Below are positions 46,066-54,996 of a DNA stretch of 64,000 nucleotides, one piece after another (position 1 is the stretch's first letter; the number at the start of each line of letters is the position of its first letter). Origin of the DNA: an uncultured Methanosarcinales archaeon (GTDB lineage Archaea; Nanobdellota; Nanobdellia; Woesearchaeales; CAIVOO01); NCBI GenBank assembly GCA_964485195.1, contig CAZAIK010000004.1, forward strand, positions 33,673 through 97,672, given 5' to 3'. The translations under genes were made by a program, and so were the position numbers. The notes beneath the pieces are model-generated. The model saw only the letters and a list, made by a program, of their open reading frames with translations, was not told where the DNA came from and searched no databases.

Positions 46066-46652
46066 TGCTTGTTCCTCCCCCTTCCCTCTACAATCTCAAA
46101 CCTTTTCAGGACTTCCTCGTTTTGGGGATAATTTTCACCATACCCCCTTATGAATTCCCTGAAGCACTCCTCCCATATCTGGTGATGCTTTGACTCAAGT
46201 GCCTGGCGCAGCAAGTGCAAGTCCACTGCCTTGTCCTCTGTCTTTTCCGAGACAAAGCTGAGCCCGAAGTCTATGAAATGGATCTCATCCTTAAGAATCA
46301 TATTGGAGGTTGTCAGGTCCCCGTGGATAATGTGTTTCTTGTGAAGCGCTGCCACTTTCTCACCCATCTCCCTGCTCAGCTTTTTGTGGTTCTCGTGCAG
46401 GACATCCTTGACGAGCAGACCTTCTATAAATGAAAGCCTTAGCAATCCGTTTTTATCGTCAGATTCCAGCACCCTCGCTGCAGGAAAACCCATCTCTTCA
46501 AGCTTTTCCAGGATTTTTGCTTCCCTTCTCGTCCTGCATTTCCTCAGGCTGGCGTCAATCTCAGGATGCCTGTACTCTTTCTTGAACCTGTTCTTGACTA
46601 CCAGATTCTCTTGTTTTGTTACAATTGCTTCCGCTCCCTGCGCCAGTTTCAT
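46062..46652 (-). CDS. bud32: Bud32 / Kae1-associated kinase (KEOPS subunit).
   Basis: IIHGDLTTSNMIL catalytic loop. Small atypical kinase of 196 aa. Confidence 0.8.
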   Translation of the reverse strand: MKLAQGAEAIVTKQENLVVKNRFKKEYRHPEIDASLRKCRTRREAKILEKLEEMGFPAARVLESDDKNGLLRLSFIEGLLVKDVLHENHKKLSREMGEKVAALHKKHIIHGDLTTSNMILKDEIHFIDFGLSFVSEKTEDKAVDLHLLRQALESKHHQIWEECFREFIRGYGENYPQNEEVLKRFEIVEGRGRNKH

Positions 46653-46677
46653 AATAAAAAGAAAAACAGATATTTAT

Positions 46678-48231
46678 TTAATTGTTTTGCTCGGCTCTTT
46701 TTTCAGGATGAAATTCTCCTTTGTTTAGCTTTGCTTCGCATTCAGGGTCAACAAGGATGACACATCCTTCATTTCCTACGTTTTGCTGTATTCCCAGACC
46801 GGTGAGGGATTCTTTGATTATTCTTTCTTTTTCCTGTTTTTCCATTTCTCTTTCTGCTTCTTCCAGTTTTCTTAGTTTTCGCTTTTCATCAGCTTTTTCC
46901 CTTCTGCGCTCTACGAACCTGCCTAATGTATTGGAATACGTGAAGCCAACACCTGCGCCAATCCCTCCCCCGACTACTGCAAGGGAGGCTCCGATGCCTC
47001 CAAGCATAACCCCGAAACCACCAGATACTGAAGCCCCTATCTTTCCTGTGCTTTCTGTAAAACTGTCCCAGCCTTTTGCAATCCTCAGCGACAGTTCGCT
47101 CCGGTAATATACAGGGTATTCCTGAATGATTTCATCCAGGTTTAACTGGCCTAATGGATGCAAGATATGTGCCATCGCAGCACTAAAATTACCGCCCTGC
47201 TGATCCATAACCCTTCCTTTTATCCTGATCTGCTCACCTGAATTTTTTACAGTTAACACATAGCGTGGACCTTCCAGCTCAACAGCGTCTTCGCTGGACT
47301 CCAAAGCAAAGAACATTGTTTCTACAAGTTCCTTCCTGTCCACAACCCTTTCAGGTGTACAGACATATTTGATGCAGCTCTCTTCAGAAGCAAATTTCCC
47401 GGGGTCAAAACCCAGGTTTTCAACAGCATCTTCGGCGATTAACCTTGATTCCTCGTACACCCTGTCTCTTGTTTTTTCATCTGAAACCCTGCTAAGACGG
47501 TAACCGTCTGCTGTAAACTGGTCGCTAATATGAGGATTAAGAACTGTTAATTTATGAAAATTTGTTCTCTTTTCATCTCCACAGGGCAGCTGCCTGATTA
47601 TATCAAGATATATCTGCAACGGCTCTGAATAATCCCTTCGCTCTGGTGGCTTGTCATCTTCTTCTATTTCCATCCCGAAAGCTTTATGGTATTTCTTTTT
47701 CATCAAGTCAGGATTCGCGCTAGTTTTGCCTTTTAGTGCCAGCTCCAGCCCTCTTTCCTTTGCTTCTCTAAGCTGGGTCCATATGGCATTTCTTTGTCCA
47801 GGCTCAGCTATATTGACCTCAAGCATTTCTTCAACTCTCCTAACTGATTCTGCAGCTGTGTCATTTGCATCTGTTTTGGCTTCAAAACGTGAGCGTTTAA
47901 CTACATAAGATATGTCTTCATCAGGCACTTTTCTTTGAATTTTTATTAAGTCAAGCGGAAAATTATTCAGAAAAACCTGGGCTTGTTCTTGGTCCAATGC
48001 GAGTTCAATATCTGCAAGGATTATTGGGTTCACGAACGTAAGAGCTCTTCTGCCTTCAAGAGTCTTGCCAAGCACTTGATAACCAAAGTCAATTCCGCCA
48101 TTATTGCCAAAAGAAATTGAATACAATGATATTCTTCCCTTATCTATCAAATTAGATATAGTGAAGGAGAGGTCGCCTAAAGAAAAACTTTTACTGATCT
48201 CCACAGGCCTGGAAACTTGTCTGTATGGCAT
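46678..48231 (-). CDS. Large hypothetical protein with a C-terminal glycine-zipper hydrophobic segment and a charged coiled-coil tail.
   Basis: 517 aa. GKIGASVSGGFGVMLGGIGASLAVVGGGIGAGVGF followed by RRREKADEKRKLRKLEEAEREMEKQEKER. Confidence 0.5.
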   Translation of the reverse strand: MPYRQVSRPVEISKSFSLGDLSFTISNLIDKGRISLYSISFGNNGGIDFGYQVLGKTLEGRRALTFVNPIILADIELALDQEQAQVFLNNFPLDLIKIQRKVPDEDISYVVKRSRFEAKTDANDTAAESVRRVEEMLEVNIAEPGQRNAIWTQLREAKERGLELALKGKTSANPDLMKKKYHKAFGMEIEEDDKPPERRDYSEPLQIYLDIIRQLPCGDEKRTNFHKLTVLNPHISDQFTADGYRLSRVSDEKTRDRVYEESRLIAEDAVENLGFDPGKFASEESCIKYVCTPERVVDRKELVETMFFALESSEDAVELEGPRYVLTVKNSGEQIRIKGRVMDQQGGNFSAAMAHILHPLGQLNLDEIIQEYPVYYRSELSLRIAKGWDSFTESTGKIGASVSGGFGVMLGGIGASLAVVGGGIGAGVGFTYSNTLGRFVERRREKADEKRKLRKLEEAEREMEKQEKERIIKESLTGLGIQQNVGNEGCVILVDPECEAKLNKGEFHPEKRAEQNN

Positions 48232-48304
48232 AGCAGGAGAAAAAAAGGCGAGTATATAAACCTTTTGATTTTTTATCTACTATTAAGTCATTACAAAATA
48301 TATA

Positions 48305-48817
48305 TTATTTATACTTATTAGGATGCTTATAGAATCCAAACGCCTTTGCAAACCTCGGAAAACGTGCGAAAGGCCTGATGAACCTGCCGAACCTTCCGCT
48401 TCTTCCCATTTCTGCAGCAACCCGCTTGCCTTCCTCCTCAACCTCAACAGTTCCGTGCACAATCCTCTGCACCCTTGTGATGTCTTCGGCGGCGACAAAC
48501 AACCCTATCATCTCCTCAACAATCCTTGCCACAACAAAAACAGGAAGGACAGCTATTATCTCAATCCAGTATTTTTTGAGAAATTTCGGAGCGTTCTTTG
48601 TCCTTATGAACTTGAAAGTCAGGTCAACAATGAAAAAGGCAATGATGATGTAGTCAGCAATCTCAACATAAAGATGGTACGGTTCAATAATTTCAGGGAA
48701 GAAAAGGTCAAGAACAATAAGCACCACAAGCACTGCCAGAAGGAAAGGGATTAACTTGTCAACAGCAACCTCAATCTTATGCCAAGATCTTTTCATCAGA
48801 AAAGGAAAATAAGACAA
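48305..48817 (-). CDS. Membrane protein with helices resembling an ion-transport voltage sensor, and an Arg/Phe-rich C-terminal tail.
   Basis: TM helices with charged residues (FIVDLTFKFIRTKN, IIAVLPVFVVARIVEEM). Tail GRSGRFGRFIRPFARFPRFAKAFGF. Confidence 0.45.
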   Translation of the reverse strand: MSYFPFLMKRSWHKIEVAVDKLIPFLLAVLVVLIVLDLFFPEIIEPYHLYVEIADYIIIAFFIVDLTFKFIRTKNAPKFLKKYWIEIIAVLPVFVVARIVEEMIGLFVAAEDITRVQRIVHGTVEVEEEGKRVAAEMGRSGRFGRFIRPFARFPRFAKAFGFYKHPNKYK

Positions 48818-48852
48818 GCTTTAAAAATATGCCCGGTTTTTCTGGTTTTCAC

Positions 48853-48942
48853 AGCCCCGTAGTCTAGCGGCCAAGGATGTCAGGCTCTGGAGACTGGTTC
48901 AGGAGAAACCTGGAGACCGCGGTTCAAATCCGCGCGGGGCTA
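48853..48942 (+). tRNA. tRNA-Gln (anticodon CUG) with A1-U72 and a 17-nt intron (48891..48907).
   Basis: Hand-folded. Acceptor AGCCCCG/CGGGGCT, D-arm GTCT-AGCGGCCAA-GGAT, anticodon stem TCAGG/CCTGG, loop CTCTGG|A, T-arm CGCGG-TTCAAAT-CCGCG, discriminator A. Confidence 0.7.
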
Positions 48943-48943
48943 C

Positions 48944-49156
48944 TTATGTTCTTGTAATTATCCTGTAACCAAAAAACACAATTGCGATTACCAGGATTAT
49001 TATTGCTGATGTTGTTATGGGGAAGTAGAATTTCATATTGCCTTTGTCTATGACTATGTCTCCGGGAAGCTTGCCGGGCCTTATGCCGAACTGCCACAGC
49101 ACCCCCATTATTATCATCACTGTCCCTATTATTACCAGCAGGGCGGAGGTCTTCAT
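48944..49156 (-). CDS. DUF2905-like small membrane protein.
   Basis: GKLPGDIVIDKGNMKFYFPITTSAIIILVIAIV matches the DUF2905 pattern. Confidence 0.45.
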   Translation of the reverse strand: MKTSALLVIIGTVMIIMGVLWQFGIRPGKLPGDIVIDKGNMKFYFPITTSAIIILVIAIVFFGYRIITRT

Positions 49157-49209
49157 TTTCAGGAGGGGAAATAGCAAATCTTTTTAAGTATGTTTGCATA
49201 TTTAATGAT

Positions 49210-49854
49210 ATGAAACCAATAATAGCCACGACCCTGTCCGGGCTTTTCATCAAGTCAAAGCCGTGGAAAGAGGCCCACAATCTCTGGTTTGAGCAGATGG
49301 TGAAGGAAACAGGTGATGAGTCCCTGAGACAGTGGGTTGGCAAGGCAAATTATTTTGAGGGAGTTAACCTTGCCATGAGCAAGCTTATGCCTGACGCTTC
49401 CAGGGAAGAACGCACAAGGGAGGCAAGAAGGAGGTTTATGCAGACGGTCACTGATTACATCAAGGAGCACAATGATGATGTGATCAACAGGAAAATTGTT
49501 GAATATTTCAAGTCCTTGAAGGACAGGTTCAGGCTTGCGCTGATAACAACAAACACTGCGAAGTTCCTTAACGAAATTCTTGAGGAGACAGGCCTTGATG
49601 AATTGTTTGATATTGTGGAATGCTCTTCATCTGTTGAGGAGGATGACAAGATTGCTGTTTTTGAAAGGTTTTTTGAGAAATACGGCAAGCCTGTTGTTTA
49701 TTTCGGGGGGAAGAGAAGAGATACCTATGATTATTGCAGGGAAAGGAACATCTTTTGCGTGTTTGCAAACCTTGAGAACGCTGAAGGTATAAGCGTGAGA
49801 ACTGTTAAGAATATTGACGAGATTAAGCAGGTGATTCAGGAGCTTTCTTCCTGA
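49210..49854 (+). CDS. HAD-like fold protein lacking the catalytic Asp dyad (possible pseudoenzyme).
   Basis: IIATTLSGLF stands in place of the HAD motif hhhDxDGTL. LITTNT and a C-terminal motif-III-like region. Confidence 0.4.
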   Translation: MKPIIATTLSGLFIKSKPWKEAHNLWFEQMVKETGDESLRQWVGKANYFEGVNLAMSKLMPDASREERTREARRRFMQTVTDYIKEHNDDVINRKIVEYFKSLKDRFRLALITTNTAKFLNEILEETGLDELFDIVECSSSVEEDDKIAVFERFFEKYGKPVVYFGGKRRDTYDYCRERNIFCVFANLENAEGISVRTVKNIDEIKQVIQELSS

Positions 49855-50567
49855 GGCTTTTCCTTTTTCTTCACAGGTTCTTTCTTCCTGGGGGTTGTTT
49901 CCTTCTTTTCCTCTTCTTTCTCTTCCTTTTCCTCTTCAGCTGGCTCCTCCGCAGGCTGTTCCTCTTCACTAATGCCTTTCTCCTCCAGGGGCTGGGCAAG
50001 CTGCATAACCCTTATCTCAGAATTTTTCAGGGGGCAGACCTTTCGTAATGCCTGGCCCATTGCCTTTTGCAGTTTCTGGGCTACCAAGTCCTGCACCAGC
50101 TGGTTGTAGTCTGTTTTTCCCAAATACTCTTTTAATTCCTGCCTTGCCAGTTTCCTGAGAAGGGTTTTTTTGGAATTGTCAACTTTGTTTCTTGTAACCA
50201 GCAGGGCCTTCATTATAACTTCCTTGCCGTCTGCTGTTTTGAGCCTGAAAACCTCATCAATCCTGTCCCTTCCTTTCCTGATCTGCCTTTTTATCTGCGC
50301 TGCTGACAGCTCTATTTTCTTGACATCAGCCAATGCGTTGTTTCCCTGCATATTGGTGATTTTGAATGTTATCTGGGTGTTTTGCTTTCTTATCTCTCCT
50401 GTCACAGCAGCAAGGCTTATCCTTATCTCCTTCCCCATGACCTTCTCGCGCTCAGAGGCAGGGGTTTCGCCGATAAACGCGCTTCTCATATACTTTGGAC
50501 CATAAACAGGGAACCACTTCTTGGATTTCCACGGGTCTATTGCCCTTGACTTGGTTTTTGCAGCCAT
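49836..50567 (-). CDS. Ribosomal protein S3Ae (S1e) with an acidic/lysine-rich C-terminal extension.
   Basis: MAAKTKSRAIDPWKSKKWFPVYGPKYM is the S3Ae N-terminus. Tail EEEQPAEEPAEEEKEEKEEEKKE. Confidence 0.85.
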   Translation of the reverse strand: MAAKTKSRAIDPWKSKKWFPVYGPKYMRSAFIGETPASEREKVMGKEIRISLAAVTGEIRKQNTQITFKITNMQGNNALADVKKIELSAAQIKRQIRKGRDRIDEVFRLKTADGKEVIMKALLVTRNKVDNSKKTLLRKLARQELKEYLGKTDYNQLVQDLVAQKLQKAMGQALRKVCPLKNSEIRVMQLAQPLEEKGISEEEQPAEEPAEEEKEEKEEEKKETTPRKKEPVKKKEKPQEESS

Positions 50568-50619
50568 ATCCTGGGAGTTTTGGGAATTATTTATAAATAT
50601 TACTAAATATAAGGGGCGC

Positions 50620-51006
50620 ATGCCTCAAACCATAATACTTGACACCAATTTCCTGATGATACCCTGCCAGTTTGGAGTGGATATTTTCTCAGAAGTTGAC
50701 AGGATATGCGATTTTGAATATGAGCTGGCAGTTCTGGACAAGACAGTGGGGGAGTTGAACAAGATTATAAGCGAGCAAAGGGGAAATAAAATCTCAGCTG
50801 CCAGAATGGCGCTTGAACTTTTGAAAAGGAAAGATTTAAAAATAATTCGCACACCTTTTCCAAAACCTGCTGATGATTTGCTTGTGGAGGAGGCAGAGAA
50901 GGGCGCTATCGTGGCAACACAGGATTCAGCCCTTAAAAAAAGGATTAAGGGGAAGAAGGGGAGAATAATCTTTTTAAGGAACAAGAAATTCCTTCAGCTT
51001 GATTAA
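50620..51006 (+). CDS. PIN-domain protein (archaeal Fcf1/Utp24-like), in the conserved cluster upstream of rpoE.
   Basis: IILDTNFLM carries the PIN Asp. Position in the conserved PIN, rpoE, spt4, S24e, S27ae array. Confidence 0.7.
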   Translation: MPQTIILDTNFLMIPCQFGVDIFSEVDRICDFEYELAVLDKTVGELNKIISEQRGNKISAARMALELLKRKDLKIIRTPFPKPADDLLVEEAEKGAIVATQDSALKKRIKGKKGRIIFLRNKKFLQLD

Positions 51007-51008
51007 AA

Positions 51009-51587
51009 ATGTTTTACAAAATAGAATTAAAAGACAAAATAAGGGTCACTCCTGACCTTTTCGGACTGAAGCTGGAAGATGCAGTTGTTAAGATGGTCAA
51101 GTCCAAGTACGAAGGTTATGTTTCCCAGGACTTGGGAGTAATCATTGACGTGATTGACGTCAGGTACATTGGGGAGGGCATCATACTTCCCGGCGACGGC
51201 TCCAGCTTTTATGACACAACTTTTGAGCTGTTGACTTTCAAGCCTGAAATGCAGGAAGTCGTCATAGGAAAGATAAAGGACATTGCAGATTTCGGCGCTT
51301 TCCTCACCCTTGGACCCATAGAGGGAATGGCGCACATAGGCCAGTCAATGGATGATTATGTTTCCTTGAGCAAGGAAAAAGTGCTGACGGGCAAGGACAC
51401 CAAAAGAACCCTCAAGGTGGGGGATGTCTGCAGGGCGAGAATCATTGCAATAAGCTTCAAGGACCCTGCCAGCCCTAAAATAGGGCTTACCATGAGGCAG
51501 GCCGGGCTGGGAAAGCTTGAATGGGTGGCTGAAGACATAAAGCAGAAAGAACCAAAACCTTCAGACAATAAAAAGGAGAAGAAATGA
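51009..51587 (+). CDS. rpoE: DNA-directed RNA polymerase subunit E (Rpb7-like, S1 domain).
   Basis: MFYKIELKDKIRVTPDLFG N-terminus and S1 domain (GKIKDIADFGAFL). Confidence 0.85.
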   Translation: MFYKIELKDKIRVTPDLFGLKLEDAVVKMVKSKYEGYVSQDLGVIIDVIDVRYIGEGIILPGDGSSFYDTTFELLTFKPEMQEVVIGKIKDIADFGAFLTLGPIEGMAHIGQSMDDYVSLSKEKVLTGKDTKRTLKVGDVCRARIIAISFKDPASPKIGLTMRQAGLGKLEWVAEDIKQKEPKPSDNKKEKK

Positions 51588-51766
51588 AAAAGGCGTGCAA
51601 GAAATGCAAGATATTCGTGGAAGGCAGCGAATGCCCTGTCTGCAAGGGAACGGACTTCGTGACAAACTGGAAGGGAAGGGTATATGTCATTGACGAGCAG
51701 AAGTCCTCAATTGCAAAGAAAGTGGGGCTGCCTGTGAAAGGCGAGTATGCAATCAAGGTAAAGTAA
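51584..51766 (+). CDS. spt4: Transcription elongation factor Spt4 (RpoE2).
   Basis: Zinc ribbon CKKC...CPVC, with VTNWKGRVYVID. Confidence 0.8.
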   Translation: MKKACKKCKIFVEGSECPVCKGTDFVTNWKGRVYVIDEQKSSIAKKVGLPVKGEYAIKVK

Positions 51767-51767
51767 A

Positions 51768-52205
51768 ATGAAGCTGGAAATAAAGGAGGAAAAGGAAGCT
51801 CCCCTGTTGTCAAGGAAAAGGGTAAAGCTTTATGCAGCTTTTGAGAAGGAGACGCCTTCAAGGGAATTCATAAGAAAGAAGGTGGCTGAAGCCCTTAAAA
51901 CAAAGGAGGAGCTGACCATAATCAAGCACATCTATCCCATATTCGGAAAAAGGGAGTCAAAAATAATCGCTCACATTTACAAGAGCCCTGAGGATATGAA
52001 GAGGATTGAGGAGAAGCATATCCTGAAAAAGCACGTTAAAGAGGGAAAGAAGGAAGAAGAGCAGGCTGAAGCAAAAGCAGAACCCGAAGAAAAGAAAGAG
52101 GGGGCAGCCGAGGAGAAAAAAGAGGCTCCTGAAGCAAAATCAGAGCCCAACAAGAAAGAGGCCAAGGACGAAAACAAAGAAGAGAAAGCACAAAAAAAGG
52201 AATAG
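51768..52205 (+). CDS. Ribosomal protein S24e with a K/E/A-rich C-terminal extension.
   Basis: LLSRKRVKLYAAFEKETPSREFIRKKVAEAL matches the S24e core. Confidence 0.85.
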   Translation: MKLEIKEEKEAPLLSRKRVKLYAAFEKETPSREFIRKKVAEALKTKEELTIIKHIYPIFGKRESKIIAHIYKSPEDMKRIEEKHILKKHVKEGKKEEEQAEAKAEPEEKKEGAAEEKKEAPEAKSEPNKKEAKDENKEEKAQKKE

Positions 52206-52214
52206 TAATCAAGA

Positions 52215-52439
52215 ATGGCAGAGAAAAAGCAAAAGGAAAAGAAGAAGAAGCCAAGCCTGAAGCAGGGTTCCTATTACAAAATAGAAGGAGAAAAGATATC
52301 CAGAAGCAGGAAGTCCTGCCCAAAATGCGGACAGGGTTATTTCATGGCAGAGCACAACAACAGGCTTGCCTGCGGACGATGCGGATATACAGAATTCAGA
52401 AAAAAGGAAAAGTCAGGGGAAAAGTCAGCCCAAGCTTAG
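52215..52439 (+). CDS. Ribosomal protein S27ae.
   Basis: CPKCGQGYFMAEHNNRLACGRCGYTEF zinc ribbon. Confidence 0.85.
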   Translation: MAEKKQKEKKKKPSLKQGSYYKIEGEKISRSRKSCPKCGQGYFMAEHNNRLACGRCGYTEFRKKEKSGEKSAQA

Positions 52440-53156
52440 TCCGCCGTCGATAACAAGCACTTCTCCGGTGATAAAGTCAGCGTCTTCTGAGGCAAGGTAA
52501 AAAACTGCCTTTGCAATCTCTTCAGGCCTCGCCATTCTCTTCAGCAGGGTTCCCTTTATGATTTTTTCCCTTTTCTCTTCTCCTATGCCTCTCTCCATCC
52601 TGGTGTCAGTAGGCCCCGGAGCCACGGCATTGACATTTACATAGGGTGCAAGCTCCTTAGCCAGCCCTTTCGTGAAATTAACCATGCCTGCCTTTGAAGC
52701 GCAGTATGGAAGAATGCCGGGGCGGGTGAATTCACCTTTCCCCCGGACAGAGGATATGTTTATTACCTTCCCTTTCTTTTTCTTCAGCATTGTTTTCGCA
52801 GCTTCCCGCGCACAAAGAACAGCCCCCACAAGGTTTATCTCAAGGACCTTCATCCAGTCCTTCTTATTTGTCCTGAAAAACTCTTTTTGATTAAGGATTC
52901 CAGCATTGTTGACCAGTACATCAATGTCACCAAGCCTTTTCCTTGCCTTCTCAAACATAATCCTGACCTGCTTTTCGTCAGTGATGTCTGCTTTTATGTC
53001 CATCCCATCGCTGTATTTTTTAACATCTTCAACTACTTTTCTTGCAGACTCTGGCTTTTCCACATAGTTCACTGCAACATTAAACCCTTTTTTGGCGAAT
53101 TCCAGTGAAACAGCCCTTCCTATGCCAGTATTGCCTCCTGTTACCAGAACATTCAT
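52425..53156 (-). CDS. Short-chain dehydrogenase/reductase (FabG-like).
   Basis: VLVTGGNTGIGRA, NNAGI, and a YCASKAG catalytic triad region. Confidence 0.8.
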   Translation of the reverse strand: MNVLVTGGNTGIGRAVSLEFAKKGFNVAVNYVEKPESARKVVEDVKKYSDGMDIKADITDEKQVRIMFEKARKRLGDIDVLVNNAGILNQKEFFRTNKKDWMKVLEINLVGAVLCAREAAKTMLKKKKGKVINISSVRGKGEFTRPGILPYCASKAGMVNFTKGLAKELAPYVNVNAVAPGPTDTRMERGIGEEKREKIIKGTLLKRMARPEEIAKAVFYLASEDADFITGEVLVIDGGLSLG

Positions 53157-53210
53157 AATCTTTAAAAAAGAGATTACATTTATAAATATATCCCTACCAC
53201 CTACCTAAAA

Positions 53211-53519
53211 ATGCTGAATTTTAGCAGAATGGGGGGGTTAATTCCTGTTATTGTCCAGGATTCAGCCACAGGAGAAGTCCTGATGCTGGGCTATATGAAT
53301 GAGGAGGCCCTTCAGGAGACCCAGGAGACAGGAAAAACCACTTTTTGGAGCCGCTCCCGCAACAAGCTGTGGACAAAGGGAGAGACAAGCGGAAATTTTT
53401 TGGAAGTGAAGGAAATATGGGCTGACTGCGATGAGGACAGCTTGCTGATAAAGGCAAAGCCCGCAGGGCCGACGTGCCACACAGGAAAGAAGAGCTGCTT
53501 TTTCAACAAAATAAAATGA
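53211..53519 (+). CDS. hisI: Phosphoribosyl-AMP cyclohydrolase.
   Basis: GLIPVIVQD...[17 protein letters not shown]...DCDEDSLL...CHTG matches the HisI signature. Confidence 0.85.
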   Translation: MLNFSRMGGLIPVIVQDSATGEVLMLGYMNEEALQETQETGKTTFWSRSRNKLWTKGETSGNFLEVKEIWADCDEDSLLIKAKPAGPTCHTGKKSCFFNKIK

Positions 53520-54409
53520 GCCAAAATAATGGGAACAACAACAAACTCAAGCTAGGGATTCCAAAAGGAAGCTTGCAAGACACAACTATCTCCATCTTCA
53601 GGAAAGCAGGATTTCACATTGTTCCAAACGGGCGTTCTTACTATCCTGACATTGACGATCCCAGGATACAGTGCATTCTCATAAGGGCGCAGGAAATGGC
53701 AAGATATGTTGAGGAAGGCCTTATTGACTGCGGAATCACAGGGAAGGACTGGATTATAGAGACTAAGGCGGATGTCCTGGAACTGGCTGACTTCATCTAT
53801 GCAAAGACAGGGTTAAGAAAGGTGAAGTGGGTTGTGGCAGTCCCGAAGGACTCAGACATAAAGACAGTTAAGGATTTGGAGGGAAAGCACATCGCCACAG
53901 AGGCAATGAACCTTGCCAAAGAATACCTGGACAAGAAAGGGATAAATGCAAAGCTGGAATTCTCCTGGGGAACAACAGAGGCAAAGCCCCCCACGCTTGC
54001 CGACGCCATCATAGAGGTTACAGAAACCGGCGCTTCATTAAGGGAGAACAACCTGAAAATAATCGACACAGTGCTGGAATCCACCACAAAGTTCATCGCC
54101 AACAAGGAAGCAGTCAGGGACGAGTGGAAAAAGAACAAGATGGAAAAGATGATAATGCTTATTGAAGGGGCTTTGCAGGCAGAGGAAAAGGTAGGAATAA
54201 AAATGAATGTTGAAAACAGCAACATGAGCAACGTACTTTCGCTGCTTCCCTCGCTGAAAAAGCCAACCATAAACTCGCTTGCTGAATCAGGATGGATGTC
54301 TGTGGAGGCGATTGTTGATGAGAAGGTTGTGAGGGATTTAATACCAAAGCTCAAGAAAAACGGGGCAGAGGGCATCATAGAATACCCCTTGAACAAGGTC
54401 ATTTTCTGA
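53516..54409 (+). CDS. hisG: ATP phosphoribosyltransferase, long form.
   Basis: [14 protein letters not shown]-terminus; the catalytic and C-terminal regulatory domains. ATGA overlap with hisI. Confidence 0.8.
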   Translation: MSQNNGNNNKLKLGIPKGSLQDTTISIFRKAGFHIVPNGRSYYPDIDDPRIQCILIRAQEMARYVEEGLIDCGITGKDWIIETKADVLELADFIYAKTGLRKVKWVVAVPKDSDIKTVKDLEGKHIATEAMNLAKEYLDKKGINAKLEFSWGTTEAKPPTLADAIIEVTETGASLRENNLKIIDTVLESTTKFIANKEAVRDEWKKNKMEKMIMLIEGALQAEEKVGIKMNVENSNMSNVLSLLPSLKKPTINSLAESGWMSVEAIVDEKVVRDLIPKLKKNGAEGIIEYPLNKVIF

Positions 54410-54469
54410 ATTCTATAGAAAAAGTTATATACCCTGAGACCATACTGTCTTCTCAATAGGGGGTGAATC

Positions 54470-54724
54470 ATGGAAAAAAAGAAAGTAGGCAAAATAACCC
54501 ATTTTTTTCCGAAAATAAGCGTTGCAGTGATTGAGCTTGAGGATGAGCTGAAACAAGGGGACACCATAGAGATAGAAGGGCACGGAAAAAGCTTTGAGCA
54601 GAAGGCTGATTCAATGCAGGTAAATCATCAGCCTGTCGATTCTGCCAAAAAAGGCGACGCCATTGGGATGAAAGTCAGCGAAAACGTCAAGGAAGGCGAC
54701 GTGGTTTTTCTGAAAACTGAATGA
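54470..54724 (+). CDS. Small beta-barrel protein (EF-Tu domain 2-like).
   Basis: KGDTIEIEGHGKS...KGDAIGMKV...GDVVFL pattern. Confidence 0.4.
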   Translation: MEKKKVGKITHFFPKISVAVIELEDELKQGDTIEIEGHGKSFEQKADSMQVNHQPVDSAKKGDAIGMKVSENVKEGDVVFLKTE

Positions 54725-54996
54725 TTTTTTTTATTAATTATCTGGATCCTGCAGTGTCGTAATCATCGCTACGTCTTAACATTAAATACTGGTTCTGGAA
54801 AAAAGAACACAAAGGCGGTACCTTCAAAATTAAAAGAAAAAACCGCCGCTCTTAATAGATGCAGACTGATGCTCTGTGGCTTTTCAAAAGCTTGCGGGTT
54901 CAAACCTGGCAGGGCGATGCTGAAAAAACGCTTCGCATTTTTGTCAAGTTAAAAACTGTTCATTTTTAACTAAGTCCCGCCGGCGCCGACCTCACA

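Noticed and set aside
48924-49343. Minus-strand 139-aa ORF
   Set aside because: It overlaps tRNA-Gln and the better-supported DUF2905-like small membrane gene. It is likely an ORF-caller artefact.
54811-54850. Hairpin GGCGGT...ACCGCC with a 22-nt loop after the small beta-barrel gene
   Set aside because: It could be a terminator, but it is not followed by an oligo-T tract, so it stays unannotated.
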